A DNA stretch of 64,000 bases from Sandaracinaceae bacterium (GTDB lineage: Bacteria > Myxococcota_A > Polyangia > Polyangiales > Sandaracinaceae), in NCBI GenBank assembly GCA_044220955.1, contig JBGAQA010000008.1, positions 32,001-96,000 on the forward strand, written 5' to 3'. Shown here in pieces: positions 53,373-63,090 of the stretch (its first letter is position 1; the number at the start of each line of letters is the position of its first letter). The position numbers and the translations under genes are program-made. The notes below the pieces were generated by a model. The model made no database searches and was not told where the DNA came from. It saw only the letters and a list, made by a program, of their open reading frames with translations.

Positions 53373-53424
53373 CGCGCCAGCGTAGCACCGGCCCGCGCCG
53401 TGGCTCGGAGCGCAAGGGGTCGAT

Positions 53425-54990
53425 TCAGCTCTCGGTGAAGTGCGCGGCGTGCTGCTGGCGTAGCTCGCGCTTGAGCAGCTTGCCGCTCGGGTTCTTCGGG
53501 AGCGACTCCGCCAGCACGACGGCCTTCGGGCACTTGAAGCTCGCGAGGTGCTCGTCGCAGTGCGCGCGCACCCTCGCCTCGTCGAGGGTGTGGCCGGGCT
53601 TGCCGACGACGACGGCGAGCACCGCCTCGATCCAGCGCGGGTGCGGCACGCCGATGACGGCGACCTCCGAGACCTGGGGCAGGCGGTAGATGGCTTCCTC
53701 CACCTCGCGGCTGGCGACGTTCTCGCCGCCGGTCTTGATCATGTCCTTCTTGCGATCGACGACGGTGATGTAGCCCTCGGCGTCGATCGTCGCGAGGTCG
53801 CCCGAGTGGAACCAGCCGCCCTCGAACGCCGCCCTCGTCCGCTCCTCGTCCCGGAAGTAGCCGAGCATCAGGTGCGGGGAGCGATGCACGATCTCGCCGA
53901 CCTCGCCGGGCGCCACGTCGCGCATCGCGTCGTCGACCACGCGCGTCTCGACGTTGAGCACGGCGCGGCCGCACGAGCCCGGCTTGCGGAGCTGATCCTC
54001 GGGACCGAGCATCGTGGCGAGCGGCGCGATCTCGGTCTGTCCGTAGAGGTTCCAGAGCCGCACGCCCGGCAGCCGCTCCGCGAGCTCGCGCAGCACCTCG
54101 ACCGGCATGATCGAGGCGCCGTAGTAGCCCTTGCGCAGGCTCGAGAGATCGGTGCGCGCGAGGAGCGGCGAGCGCAGGAGCGAGATCCACACCGTCGGCG
54201 GCGCGAAGAACGAGCTGATGCGATGCCGCTCCATCAAGGGGAGCAGGTTCTCGGGCGTCGGCTTGGCGGTGATCACGTTGGTCGCGCCGACGTAGAGCGA
54301 GGGCCCGAGGAACGCGTCGAGCTGCGCGCAGTGGTAGAGCGGCAGCGCGTGCAGCGCGAGATCGGTGCCCTCGATGCTCGCATCGACGAGGCAGCTCACG
54401 TACTGCGAGATCACCGCCTCGTGCGTGAGCATCGCGCCCTTGGGCAGCGACTCGGTGCCGCTGGTGTAGACGATCTGCGCGAGATCCGCGCCGCCGAGCG
54501 AGACGTCCGGGAGCGCGGCCGTGCTCGCACGGAGCAGCTCGAAGCTCGTCATATCGGGCGCGGGCTCCGTCGGGTCCTCCGAGGGCAGCCAGACCAGCTC
54601 GCGCACGGCGGTGTCCTGCGCGGTGGCGGCCCGCGCGAGCTCGGCGAGGCCCGAGTCGGTGGCCAGCACCTCCGCCCCCGCGTGCCGCAGGACGTACGCG
54701 ACCTCCTCGGCCTTGAGCATGAAGTTGACGGGCACGAGTACCGCGCCGATGCGCGCGAGCGCGAAGCGCAGCGCCGCGAACCCGTGCGAGTTGCGCGCGA
54801 GGACGGCCACGCGATCTCCGAGGGCCACGCCGCGACCGGAGAGGCCCGCCGCGAGGCGATCGCAGAGCGCGTCGAGCTCGGCGTAGCTCCACCGCGTGTC
54901 GCCGCACACGACGGCGGTCTTCTCGGGATGACGCTTGGCGCTGCGACGCAAGAGGTCGGCGAGCGTCTGGCGGCGAGCGAGGTCGTGCAT
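53425..54990 (-). CDS. Fatty acyl-CoA synthetase (AMP-binding)
   Basis: YTSGTESLPKG, YGQTE, FHSGD, DRKKDMIKTGGENV, PKNPSGK. Confidence 0.95.
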   Translation of the reverse strand: MHDLARRQTLADLLRRSAKRHPEKTAVVCGDTRWSYAELDALCDRLAAGLSGRGVALGDRVAVLARNSHGFAALRFALARIGAVLVPVNFMLKAEEVAYVLRHAGAEVLATDSGLAELARAATAQDTAVRELVWLPSEDPTEPAPDMTSFELLRASTAALPDVSLGGADLAQIVYTSGTESLPKGAMLTHEAVISQYVSCLVDASIEGTDLALHALPLYHCAQLDAFLGPSLYVGATNVITAKPTPENLLPLMERHRISSFFAPPTVWISLLRSPLLARTDLSSLRKGYYGASIMPVEVLRELAERLPGVRLWNLYGQTEIAPLATMLGPEDQLRKPGSCGRAVLNVETRVVDDAMRDVAPGEVGEIVHRSPHLMLGYFRDEERTRAAFEGGWFHSGDLATIDAEGYITVVDRKKDMIKTGGENVASREVEEAIYRLPQVSEVAVIGVPHPRWIEAVLAVVVGKPGHTLDEARVRAHCDEHLASFKCPKAVVLAESLPKNPSGKLLKRELRQQHAAHFTES

Positions 54991-55049
54991 GGCGTCTCCG
55001 GCGCGAGAGGATACATCGTGCGCAGACCGTCCGTTGCGCTCCACGCTCC

Positions 55050-55068
55050 ATGCGCATACGATGCGCAT
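55050..55068. promoter_or_regulatory. Tandem palindromes ATGCGCAT x2, putative Ccd operator
   Basis: ATGCGCAT-acg-ATGCGCAT, 11-bp period, directly before the ccdA ATG. Confidence 0.6.
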
Positions 55069-55335
55069 ATGGTGAAGGCGATGCCGTCGGCCGCGATCGA
55101 CACGCGGGGGTCCAAGCGTCCGGTCAACCTGACGCTCGATGCGGAGCTCGTGAAGCGAGCGCGAGGCATGTCGAGCAACCTCTCCGCGCAAGTGGAGTCG
55201 CTGCTCACGGAGTTCGTCGAGAAGCGTGAGGCCGAGGATCGCGCGCGCAGGGGCCGCTCCGAGCGTGCGGCGCGCTCCTGGAACGCGTTCGCCGAGCGAC
55301 ATGGCTCGTTCGCCGACGAGTTCTCGACCCTCTGA
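55069..55335 (+). CDS. ccdA: CcdA-family antitoxin
   Basis: KRPVNLTLDAELV...NLSAQVE...WNAFAERHGSFADEFSTL. Alternative start at 55081. Confidence 0.88.
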   Translation: MVKAMPSAAIDTRGSKRPVNLTLDAELVKRARGMSSNLSAQVESLLTEFVEKREAEDRARRGRSERAARSWNAFAERHGSFADEFSTL

Positions 55336-55655
55336 TGAGCCAGTTCGACGTCCACCGGAATCCGGGCACGAACCGCGAGGCCATCCCGTTCGTGGTCGTG
55401 GTGCAGTCGTCGAGCCTCGACGGCTTTCGTCGGCGCGTCGTGGTCCCGCTCGTGCGCAAGTCGCTCCTCGGCCAGGTCCATCAACCCCGTCTCAACCCGT
55501 CCTTCACGGTGAAGGGGACCGCGGTGGTGCTGCACCCGCTCGAGATCGTCTCGGTCCCGCTCGAGAGGCTGGGCAAGCCGATCGCCTCGCTGGCCAGCCG
55601 CGGCGCGAAGATATCGGACGCGCTCGACGAGCTCCTGAGTCGCGTGTACGACTGA
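55335..55655 (+). CDS. ccdB: CcdB-family toxin
   Basis: MSQFDVHRN, PFVVVVQS, RRVVVPL, RLNP, ISDALDEL. TGATG coupling to ccdA. Confidence 0.9.
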   Translation: MSQFDVHRNPGTNREAIPFVVVVQSSSLDGFRRRVVVPLVRKSLLGQVHQPRLNPSFTVKGTAVVLHPLEIVSVPLERLGKPIASLASRGAKISDALDELLSRVYD

Positions 55656-55664
55656 TCGGATCGC

Positions 55665-55985
55665 ATGACGACACGACGACCGCGCGGCCTCCGAGCTCAC
55701 GACATCGTGGCCACGCGCACCGGCCGGCGTGGGGCCCTCGCGCTGCTGGGCCTCGCGGGGATCTCGGTCGTCGCGCCCGCGCGTGCAACGGCCCAGAGCG
55801 GCTGCTCCGATCACGACGCGCACGACCCGGCCGGCAACGGCCGCAGGTGCGGCGAGTCCGGCTGCAGCGACGCCGATCACGCCGACGCCGGCGGCAGCGG
55901 CCGCCATTGCCCGCCGATGCACGACCTCTACCGCTGCTCGGACACCGACCCGACCGATCCGGCCGGCGGCGGCAGGCACTGCTGA
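55665..55985 (+). CDS. Small Tat-signal protein with three Cys-flanked Asp-rich repeats
   Basis: TGRRGALALLGLAG...ATA signal, then CSDxDxxDxxGxGRxC x3. Confidence 0.7.
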   Translation: MTTRRPRGLRAHDIVATRTGRRGALALLGLAGISVVAPARATAQSGCSDHDAHDPAGNGRRCGESGCSDADHADAGGSGRHCPPMHDLYRCSDTDPTDPAGGGRHC

Positions 55986-56057
55986 AGGTCAGGCCGGCGG
56001 CGGCGCGCCGAGCGCGCTGATCGCGGGGGAATCACGGGGGCGATTCGTGATCACGAA

Positions 56058-56808
56058 TCACGATCCCCTGGCTTCGCGGCTCACGATGCGCGCGCCCACC
56101 TCGAGCGCCGCCGCGGCGAGCACGACGCAGCTCGCCGCGAAGCCGAGCTCGAACGCCGCGCCGCTCGCCACTTCGTCCACGAGCACGTAGCCGATGACCA
56201 GGCTGAGCAGGCCGATGAAGAACGACGTGTACTGCATGGACGTGCGCACGTCGCTCGAGAGCGCCGAGATCACCGTCCCGATCGTGCCCACGAGCGCGGC
56301 CGATGCGGGCGCGCCCGCGAGGAACGCGACCCACCACGCGGCGCTGCCCCCGAACGCGGGGAAGGGCGCGAGCAGCGGCAGGCGGCCGAGGAGCAGACAG
56401 CCCGCCCCGACGAACACGACGTGCAGCAGGGCGGGCAGCGCCATCGCGCCCGCGAGCTTGCCGGCGAGCAGCTCGCGTCGTCCGACGGGCGCGAGCATGA
56501 GGAAGGGCAGCGCCCCGGTGCTTCGATCGTGCAGCACGGAGTAGCCCGAGAGGATGGCGACGTAGAGCGGTAGGCTCGGTCACGAGACCGACGAGCCCGG
56601 CCGCCTCGAGCGCGAGCCGATGCGCGGGGTGCCCGGCCACCGTCACGCGCCCCGACGTCGGCGTGAGCAGACCCGCGAGCAGGAGCAGCAGCGTGCTCTT
56701 GCCGCCGCCGTTCGGCCCCACGACGCCGACCGCCTCGCCTGCCCTCACGCGCGGCGTGATCTCGCGCTGCACGGTGCGCCCCCCGAAGTCGCGGCGCACG
56801 TCGTCCAT
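56058..56808 (-). pseudogene. Deletion-fused ABC transporter remnant (ATPase 5' end plus permease 3' end)
   Basis: Walker A GPNGGGKST, then an out-of-frame jump at ~56570 into LYVAILSGYSVLHDRSTGALPFLMLAPV...LLAGKL. No signature motif or Walker B. Confidence 0.8.
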
Positions 56809-56947
56809 GCTCGCCACGATCTCGCTCGCCGATGGTGCGCGCGGCTTCTTCTTGATCGCGGTGGCGGAGTGTACGGCAACCGGCTCGCGCCGCCTCCGGG
56901 ACGAGACGCAGGTTTGAGCCGTCGTTCGCACCGTGGTACGAAATCGG

Positions 56948-57199
56948 ATGGCCAAGCTCAGCATCTCCATCGCGGACGACGATCTCCGATGGCTCGAGCG
57001 CCGCGCCAAACGGCTGCACCGTGGCAACCTCTCCGCCGCCGTCGCGGAGCAGACGCGACTCGCCCGGCACCACGAGGCGCTGGGGGTCATGCTCGATCGA
57101 CTCGGCGTTCCCGAGCTGTCCGAGCCAGAGAGCGACGCATGGATCGCCGAGATCGACGGGCGCGCGAAGAAGGCGAAGCGGCGGAAGCGCGCGGCGTGA
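56948..57199 (+). CDS. Ribbon-helix-helix-type antitoxin
   Basis: MAKLSISIADDDL...NLSAAVAE. GTGA overlap with the PIN gene. Confidence 0.8.
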   Translation: MAKLSISIADDDLRWLERRAKRLHRGNLSAAVAEQTRLARHHEALGVMLDRLGVPELSEPESDAWIAEIDGRAKKAKRRKRAA

Positions 57200-57585
57200 A
57201 CGAGCCGTTCGGAGGCGGCCTCACCCTCGACGCGGGCGCGCTGATCGCCCTCGAGCGCCGGGGTGCGAGAGTGACGCGCCTGCTGCGCGCGGCACACGCC
57301 CATCATCGGACCGTCACGGCCCCGGTCGCGGCGATCGCCGAGTGGTGGCGGGGGCGTAGCGATCGTCGCGAGTGGATCGAGGCGGGCCTCCTCGTGGAGC
57401 CGATGGATCGGCAGCTCGCGCACGTCGCGGGTGAGGCGCTCGCCAGAGTGCGCGGCGCGACCGTGGTCGATGCGATCGTCGCCGCGTCCGCAGCGAGGCG
57501 AGGCGACGTGGTGCTCACCAGCGATCCCGGGGACCTCGCGCGCCTGGCGGCCCACTTCCCCGGGCTGCGTGTCCTCGCGGTCTGA
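57196..57585 (+). CDS. vapC: PIN-domain toxin (VapC family)
   Basis: LTLDAGALIA, AIAE, VVDAIVA, LTSDPGDL. Confidence 0.85.
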   Translation: MNEPFGGGLTLDAGALIALERRGARVTRLLRAAHAHHRTVTAPVAAIAEWWRGRSDRREWIEAGLLVEPMDRQLAHVAGEALARVRGATVVDAIVAASAARRGDVVLTSDPGDLARLAAHFPGLRVLAV

Positions 57586-57594
57586 ATGACTGGT

Positions 57595-57698
57595 TCGCAG
57601 CTCGCACCGGTCGCGGCGTGTCTGCGTACGCATGCTCCGCCGACCGAGTCACGGCTCCGCGGTCCGGTGACGGCTCACGTCGTGTTCACGACGCCCTG
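57595..57698 (+). repeat. 104-bp orphan copy of the 3' end of gene 61755..63050
   Basis: Matches 62946..63049 with about 3 substitutions. Confidence 0.92.
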
Positions 57699-57728
57699 CG
57701 ACTCGTTTCGCTATGCTGCGCGACCATC

Positions 57729-59357
57729 GTGCCGAAGCCCAAGGCAGCCAAGAGCCCGAAGTCGTCGCTCGACGCGCTCGCGAGCGCCGCGAAGTGGACG
57801 CCCAAGCTCGTCGACGCGGCCTTCGCCGAGCACGGCGCGCGCACGCTGAGCGAGCTCGCGCCCCTGCTCGCGCGTCGCGACCTCTTCGAGAAGAACGTCG
57901 CGTCCGACACGTGCGACTACCTGCTCGTGCACGTGCTCGATCACGCGCTCGACGCCTCGCCGCTCGTCCCCCTGCTCGAGTCCATCGTACGTGCGCCCGC
58001 GGCCGATCCCGCGAAGAGCCCACGCCTCGAGGGCGTGCGGACCTGGGCGATGCTCGTCTTCGCGCGGGACGCGCATCCTGCGTTGCGCCCGCAGCTCGCG
58101 CTCATGCTCGCTCGCCTCCCGCGTCCGCTGGACGCCTACGGAGCGCCGTTCCGGCTCCACACGCTCGCGAGGACCGCGGCGATGCTCGGTGATCCCACGC
58201 TCGCCCCGCTCTTCACGCCGCTCTTCGACGACCTGCCCTCCCTGACCCAGCCCGTCGCGGACGTGATCGCCGAGGCGCGCGGGTGGATCTCGGACCTCGC
58301 GGCGGGAAAGAGGGCGCAGTGGGTCAGCGTGCCGATCGTGGCCGCGCCCGCACCCGCCATGCCCGCGGTCGCGCCCCGTCGCGTCGTCGTGGAGACCGAC
58401 GAGCCGACCCCTCCGGCGCACACCGAGGACGGCCGCCTGCCGGGCGCGTTCGCCGCGCTGTGCTGCGATCTGCACCTCGAGCCGCTGGTGTTCGCCGATC
58501 GGGAAGGCCTCGGGTCGGCCCTCGCCGTCTTGCGTGAGGCGCTCGGCGATCGCCTCGCGTACACCGTCGACTCTCGGCGTGGCACGCGTGTCGTCCGGCA
58601 TCGCAGCGAGCACTTCGACGACCTCGTGGATGGAGTCGCGTTCCTCACGCCCGAGTCGGATGCCAAGGCCACGCCGCTGGTGGCCGCGACCGCGGACACG
58701 CCGACCGGTGGGCCGTGGATCCTGGATGTCGCCTTCAAGGGGCCGAGCGCGGGAGACGACGCACCGGGAGAAGCCTCGCCGTGGACGCTCTCGTTCTACG
58801 CCGAGGTGGCTCCTCCGCGCGCAGCCCCGTACCTGCCGGTGGTGCCCGCGCTCCTGCGCTTCTCGGTGCCGCTCACGTTTCCGCGCGCGCGCTTCCAGAA
58901 CCTCGTCGCGCGCGTCGCCTCGTCGCTGCGCGTGCGCTGGGGCAACGCGGGCCTCGGCTACGCCACGTGGGCCTACCTGGGCGGCTCGCGCGGTGAGCAC
59001 GAGCAGCACGCAGCGCAGCACCCGAGCTTCGATCGCGGCGATCACGCGGGGCACATGCTCGCGCTGCTCGAGCGCGTGCGCAGCGTCAGCTGGCTCACGC
59101 TGATCGGCTCGGTGCTCTGGTGGCGCCTGCCCGAGGCGAGCCGCGACGCGCTGATCGCCGAGCTCGACGTCACGCGCGTCGGTGCGTGCGTGATCGTGCG
59201 CCTGCCGACCGTGCCCGACGCAGCCACGCGCGAGACGCCCGCCGCCTACGCGAGAGCGGACGCGCTCATCCGAGCGATCCGGCTCGAGACCGTCGACGAG
59301 AGCTACGTCGGCGAGGCGCGCGGCCTTCCGGCCTGGCTCGAGCGCTTCCACGCGTGA
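57729..59357 (+). CDS. Protein with C-terminal DUF3396 (TsiV-like type VI immunity) domain
   Basis: LRFSVPL, RWGNAGLGY and VRSVSWLTLIG resemble DUF3396. The N-terminal half is helical-repeat-like. Confidence 0.65.
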   Translation: MPKPKAAKSPKSSLDALASAAKWTPKLVDAAFAEHGARTLSELAPLLARRDLFEKNVASDTCDYLLVHVLDHALDASPLVPLLESIVRAPAADPAKSPRLEGVRTWAMLVFARDAHPALRPQLALMLARLPRPLDAYGAPFRLHTLARTAAMLGDPTLAPLFTPLFDDLPSLTQPVADVIAEARGWISDLAAGKRAQWVSVPIVAAPAPAMPAVAPRRVVVETDEPTPPAHTEDGRLPGAFAALCCDLHLEPLVFADREGLGSALAVLREALGDRLAYTVDSRRGTRVVRHRSEHFDDLVDGVAFLTPESDAKATPLVAATADTPTGGPWILDVAFKGPSAGDDAPGEASPWTLSFYAEVAPPRAAPYLPVVPALLRFSVPLTFPRARFQNLVARVASSLRVRWGNAGLGYATWAYLGGSRGEHEQHAAQHPSFDRGDHAGHMLALLERVRSVSWLTLIGSVLWWRLPEASRDALIAELDVTRVGACVIVRLPTVPDAATRETPAAYARADALIRAIRLETVDESYVGEARGLPAWLERFHA

Positions 59358-59661
59358 CGTTCAGGTACGGACGGGTGCGGCGGGGGGGTTGCGTAGTGCG
59401 GGCGTATGGCTCGGCGGCGCAGCGGGGGCCCCCGAAGTGCGGGGGGCGTGCTCGACGTGGGCGAGCAGGGCCGCGCGAAGTTGCGGACGCGTGCCGCGCC
59501 GGTCGTGCGAGGGGCTGCGAAGTGCGGGGCGCGAGGATCGGCGGCGCGAGGGGCGAGCACACGAGTGCCGGCGCGTGGTGGTCCGGACGAGGAGTGACCC
59601 CGCGATCCGCGGGCGCGGTGCCGCATCGGTCGGGTGGCGTGCCGCTACGGCGCGCTCCCGA

Positions 59662-60670
59662 TCAGGGGCGAGCCACGATCTCGAACGAGGCCGCGTCGGG
59701 CGAGCTCGGCGCCGGGGTGCACGTCACGCCGTGCGGCGCGACGGTTCCGCTCGCGGGCACGATGATCGTGCCGAGCGCCCAGTGCCCGACGATCGCGACG
59801 ACCACGCCGGAAGGCGCGAAGGTGCACGCGCTCGCGTCGTCGCTCAGATCGAGCGCCTCGATGAGCAGGTCGCCCGCCGTGGACGCCACGCCCCCGAACA
59901 TGAACGGCGCGTGGAGCGGGCCGATCGTGCGCGTGCCCGCCGCGCTCGCGCCGTGCGCGACCACGATCACCCAGCTCGCACCGCCGGACGCGGGGAAGCG
60001 ATAGCGCGCCGGGCTGCTCGCCTCGTCCGCGGCCGCGTGCCTCTGCGCTCCTTCGGCGTAGGCGCCGCGCGCGAGGCCGACGCCCAAGGAAGTCCAGCCC
60101 GTGCCGGTCACGGGCGCGATCGGGCCGCTCTCTCCCGGCCGCTCGAGCAGGAGGATCACGATGTCTCCGAGCGCGGCGTCCTGGGGCGGCTCGATCTGCA
60201 CCCAGCCAGCGACGCTGCCCGTCGCGCCGCCGTGGAACGTGAGCTCCACGGGCGCCGGCGCACCCGCGTCGCCGCGGCTCGCGTCGAAGAGCACGTTGCC
60301 CACGTCGTTGGCGGCGTCCACGCCCGGGCGCGCATCCGGACGGCCGGTGTCCGCCGCGATGCCCGCGTCGGCCGGAGCGTCGGCGTCGTCGGAAGGGCCA
60401 GCGTCGAGCTGCGCGGCGTCCATGGTCTGGCCCGCATCCACGCCGCTCGGGACGGGCACGCAGCGCGCGCGCCCGTCGCCGATAGGCTCACACGTGGCGT
60501 CGCGCGGGCACTCCACCACGCTCGTGCACGCGTTCACGCACTCCCCGCGCACGCAGAGCAAGGGCGCGCGGCAAGCCCTCGAGGTGCACACGTCGTCGTC
60601 GAGCGCGCACGTGCCGCCGCCAGCCACGAGGAGGCAGCGCGTGCCGACCGGACAGTCGCGGTTCTCGCCG
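59662..60670 (-). pseudogene. Cys-rich, DAG-linker surface protein, apparently 5'-truncated
   Basis: DCPVGTRC...CVNAC...CEP, Asp-Ala-Gly linker and a beta-rich tail. No signal peptide or clear start before the upstream gene's stop at 60675. Confidence 0.5.
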
Positions 60671-60674
60671 GCGC

Positions 60675-61685
60675 CTACTCGGTCGCGAGCTGGGCACGGG
60701 CACAGGTCGCCCACGGCGCCAGAGGCGTCGACTCGCTGTCCGCCGTGAGCTGCACCAGCAGCGGCCCGGTCGGCGCGCCGCGACGCTGCGCGAGGCGGAC
60801 CGCCATCCAGGAGGCACGCGCGCGAGAGAGCGCGACCTCGGGACCTTCGACGCCGAGCTGATCGGCGAGGGTCCGGGCGCTCGCGTAGCTCTCGGCCGCG
60901 CGCTCGAGCTGGTCCAGCGCCTCGCGCTCTGCGCCGATGAGCAGCGCCGCGTCGACCGCGAGGAAGCTCGGCGCGTACTCGTCGACGAGGCGCGTGAGCG
61001 CGGCGAGGCTGCGCGCCAGATCGCCGAGCGTCCACGCCGCGTACGCGAGGGCCGCCAGGGCGCCCTCTGCGTTCACCGTCTGCGGGAACTCCTCGATCAG
61101 CAGCTCCCAGTAGCGGACCTCGTTCTCGAGGGCGTCGTGCTCGTCTCGCTGCTGGTCCGCGATCCGGCACGCGATCTCCTCGCGCTGAGCCGTCGTCGTG
61201 GCGCGTGCCAGCTCGAGCTCGACCTCGGCGCGGGACGGCACCGCCGTGAACCGGTCGAACGCCTCGGCCACCTCGATCAGGAGCCGCTCGCGACGCGGAT
61301 CACCGCGAGGGTAGCGCTCCAAGAGCTGCATCATCGGCCAGGGCCCGGGGTCCACAGGATCGAGCTGGCGTGCCGGGCCCGACTGCGAGCCGAGCGAGAA
61401 CGGCACGTACGAGAGCGGATCGGCCGGGCAGGTGTCACGCTCGAGATCGAGGGACCGAGGGACGTCGACACGCGTCAGCCCGAGGATGCGCGCGAGGCAA
61501 GCGCGGGCCGCCTCGGTGTCGGCGACGTCCGCAGCAGGCCCGGCGTCGGCAGGTGTCGCTGGCGCGGTCGTCGTCACCTCGGTGCCTTCGGTCTCGGCGG
61601 TGGGTGGTGTCGCGGGTGCGGCCGTTGCCTGCGCGGCGCATCCCGCGAGCCACACGAGCGCTACGGCGATGGGTCGTCGGTTCAT
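60675..61685 (-). CDS. TPR-like lipoprotein
   Basis: Lipobox LAGC. LIEEFP/LVDEYAP helical repeats. Confidence 0.72.
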   Translation of the reverse strand: MNRRPIAVALVWLAGCAAQATAAPATPPTAETEGTEVTTTAPATPADAGPAADVADTEAARACLARILGLTRVDVPRSLDLERDTCPADPLSYVPFSLGSQSGPARQLDPVDPGPWPMMQLLERYPRGDPRRERLLIEVAEAFDRFTAVPSRAEVELELARATTTAQREEIACRIADQQRDEHDALENEVRYWELLIEEFPQTVNAEGALAALAYAAWTLGDLARSLAALTRLVDEYAPSFLAVDAALLIGAEREALDQLERAAESYASARTLADQLGVEGPEVALSRARASWMAVRLAQRRGAPTGPLLVQLTADSESTPLAPWATCARAQLATE

Positions 61686-61754
61686 CTCGGCATCGTGGGC
61701 CGGGCGCTGCGATGGCGCACCGCCCCCCCGCCCCGTGCGATGCTGGTGGTCACG

Positions 61755-63050
61755 ATGCGACCTCCGGCCCTCGGCGTCCTCGCCCTCTGCCTCGTGTTCG
61801 CTCCATCCGTGCACGCACAGACCGTCGACCTCGGCGAGATCGAGATCGTCGTGCCCCGTGGGGAGCCGCCGACCTACGTGATGCCGCAGCTCGAGGTCCC
61901 GGCACCGACGGCCGCGGACGTGCCGGCGTCCGCGTCCGACGAGCTCGAGCGATGGCGGGCGGCGTGCGGTGCCGCTGTCTCGGCCGCCGACTGCCCGGCT
62001 GCTGCCGCGGCGCTGCTGGCGGCTCTCGAGCCCTCGGAGCCCTCGCTCTCGCGACCGGCGCTTCTGCTCGTCGGCATGCTCCGCTATCACGCCGCCGGGT
62101 GGGCCCTCGCGGCGGCGTGCGACGCCTGTGCCGACGCGCCGGGGCCGTGCGAGAGCTGTTCCGACGTGCCCGACCAGACCCGTGCGATCACTACGTGGTC
62201 GCGGATCACGGGCGACGACACGGTCGCGGCGTACGCACGCTACGAGCGCGCCACATGCCTGGCCGACGCGGGGCAGAGCGACGAGGCCGTCGCGGGCTTC
62301 GACGCGGTGCTCGACGCCCATGGCCTGCCGGACGAGCTCGTCGCGGCCGCCGCGTTCTACCGGGGTGTCATCGGGGGCGTCGACGATGCGCGCTCCGTGG
62401 CGCGCACGTACGGGCGATGCGCGGGGCTCGGCGTGCCGGAGCTCTCGGAGAGCTGTCGAGAGGTCGCCGTCGACGAGCTCGACCGGCTGCGGCTCGTGGA
62501 CGAGCCGATCGCGCTCCTCGTGCCACGCCTCTCCTCGGCCGACGAGACGACGGCGTTTCGAGCCGCGGATCTCATCGCGTTCATCCTCGCGAGGGCTGGC
62601 GCCGGCGCGGCCTCGCATCTGCCGACCACGATCACCTCCCCGGCGCGCGCCGCAATCCTCGGGCGAACGGCCCTGCTGCTCGAGCGCCAGGGGCTGCTCA
62701 CGTGGGCCCTCGAGGCGGTCCAGGCCGCGAACGCCGTCGTGCCCAACTCCGGCAGGACCGAGCTCATCACGGCGCTGACCGCACGTCGCGCCGCGACCGC
62801 CGACGCTCCAGAGCCGTGGCTGCGTCGAGCGATCGCGTTCTGCCTCGGGCGACCGGCGTGGCCCACGGGGGCGTTCGGGGTCCGCTGGAGCTTCGGGCCG
62901 ACGGGTGCTCGGGCGATGCGGGTCGTCGTCGAGCGCGACGACGGCTCGCAGCTCGCACCGGTCGCGGCGTGTCTGCGTACGCATGCTCCGCCCACCGAGT
63001 CACGGCTCCGCGGCGCGGTGACGGCTCACGTCGTGTTCACGACGCCCTGA
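61755..63050 (+). CDS. Secreted TPR-like hypothetical protein
   Basis: Signal peptide ending VHAQ, ARYERATCLADAGQSDEA TPR-like helices, C-terminal VAACL domain. Confidence 0.68.
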   Translation: MRPPALGVLALCLVFAPSVHAQTVDLGEIEIVVPRGEPPTYVMPQLEVPAPTAADVPASASDELERWRAACGAAVSAADCPAAAAALLAALEPSEPSLSRPALLLVGMLRYHAAGWALAAACDACADAPGPCESCSDVPDQTRAITTWSRITGDDTVAAYARYERATCLADAGQSDEAVAGFDAVLDAHGLPDELVAAAAFYRGVIGGVDDARSVARTYGRCAGLGVPELSESCREVAVDELDRLRLVDEPIALLVPRLSSADETTAFRAADLIAFILARAGAGAASHLPTTITSPARAAILGRTALLLERQGLLTWALEAVQAANAVVPNSGRTELITALTARRAATADAPEPWLRRAIAFCLGRPAWPTGAFGVRWSFGPTGARAMRVVVERDDGSQLAPVAACLRTHAPPTESRLRGAVTAHVVFTTP

Positions 63051-63090
63051 GGTCGCGGCACGACGCAGCGCGCGCGCCGACAGGCGAGCC

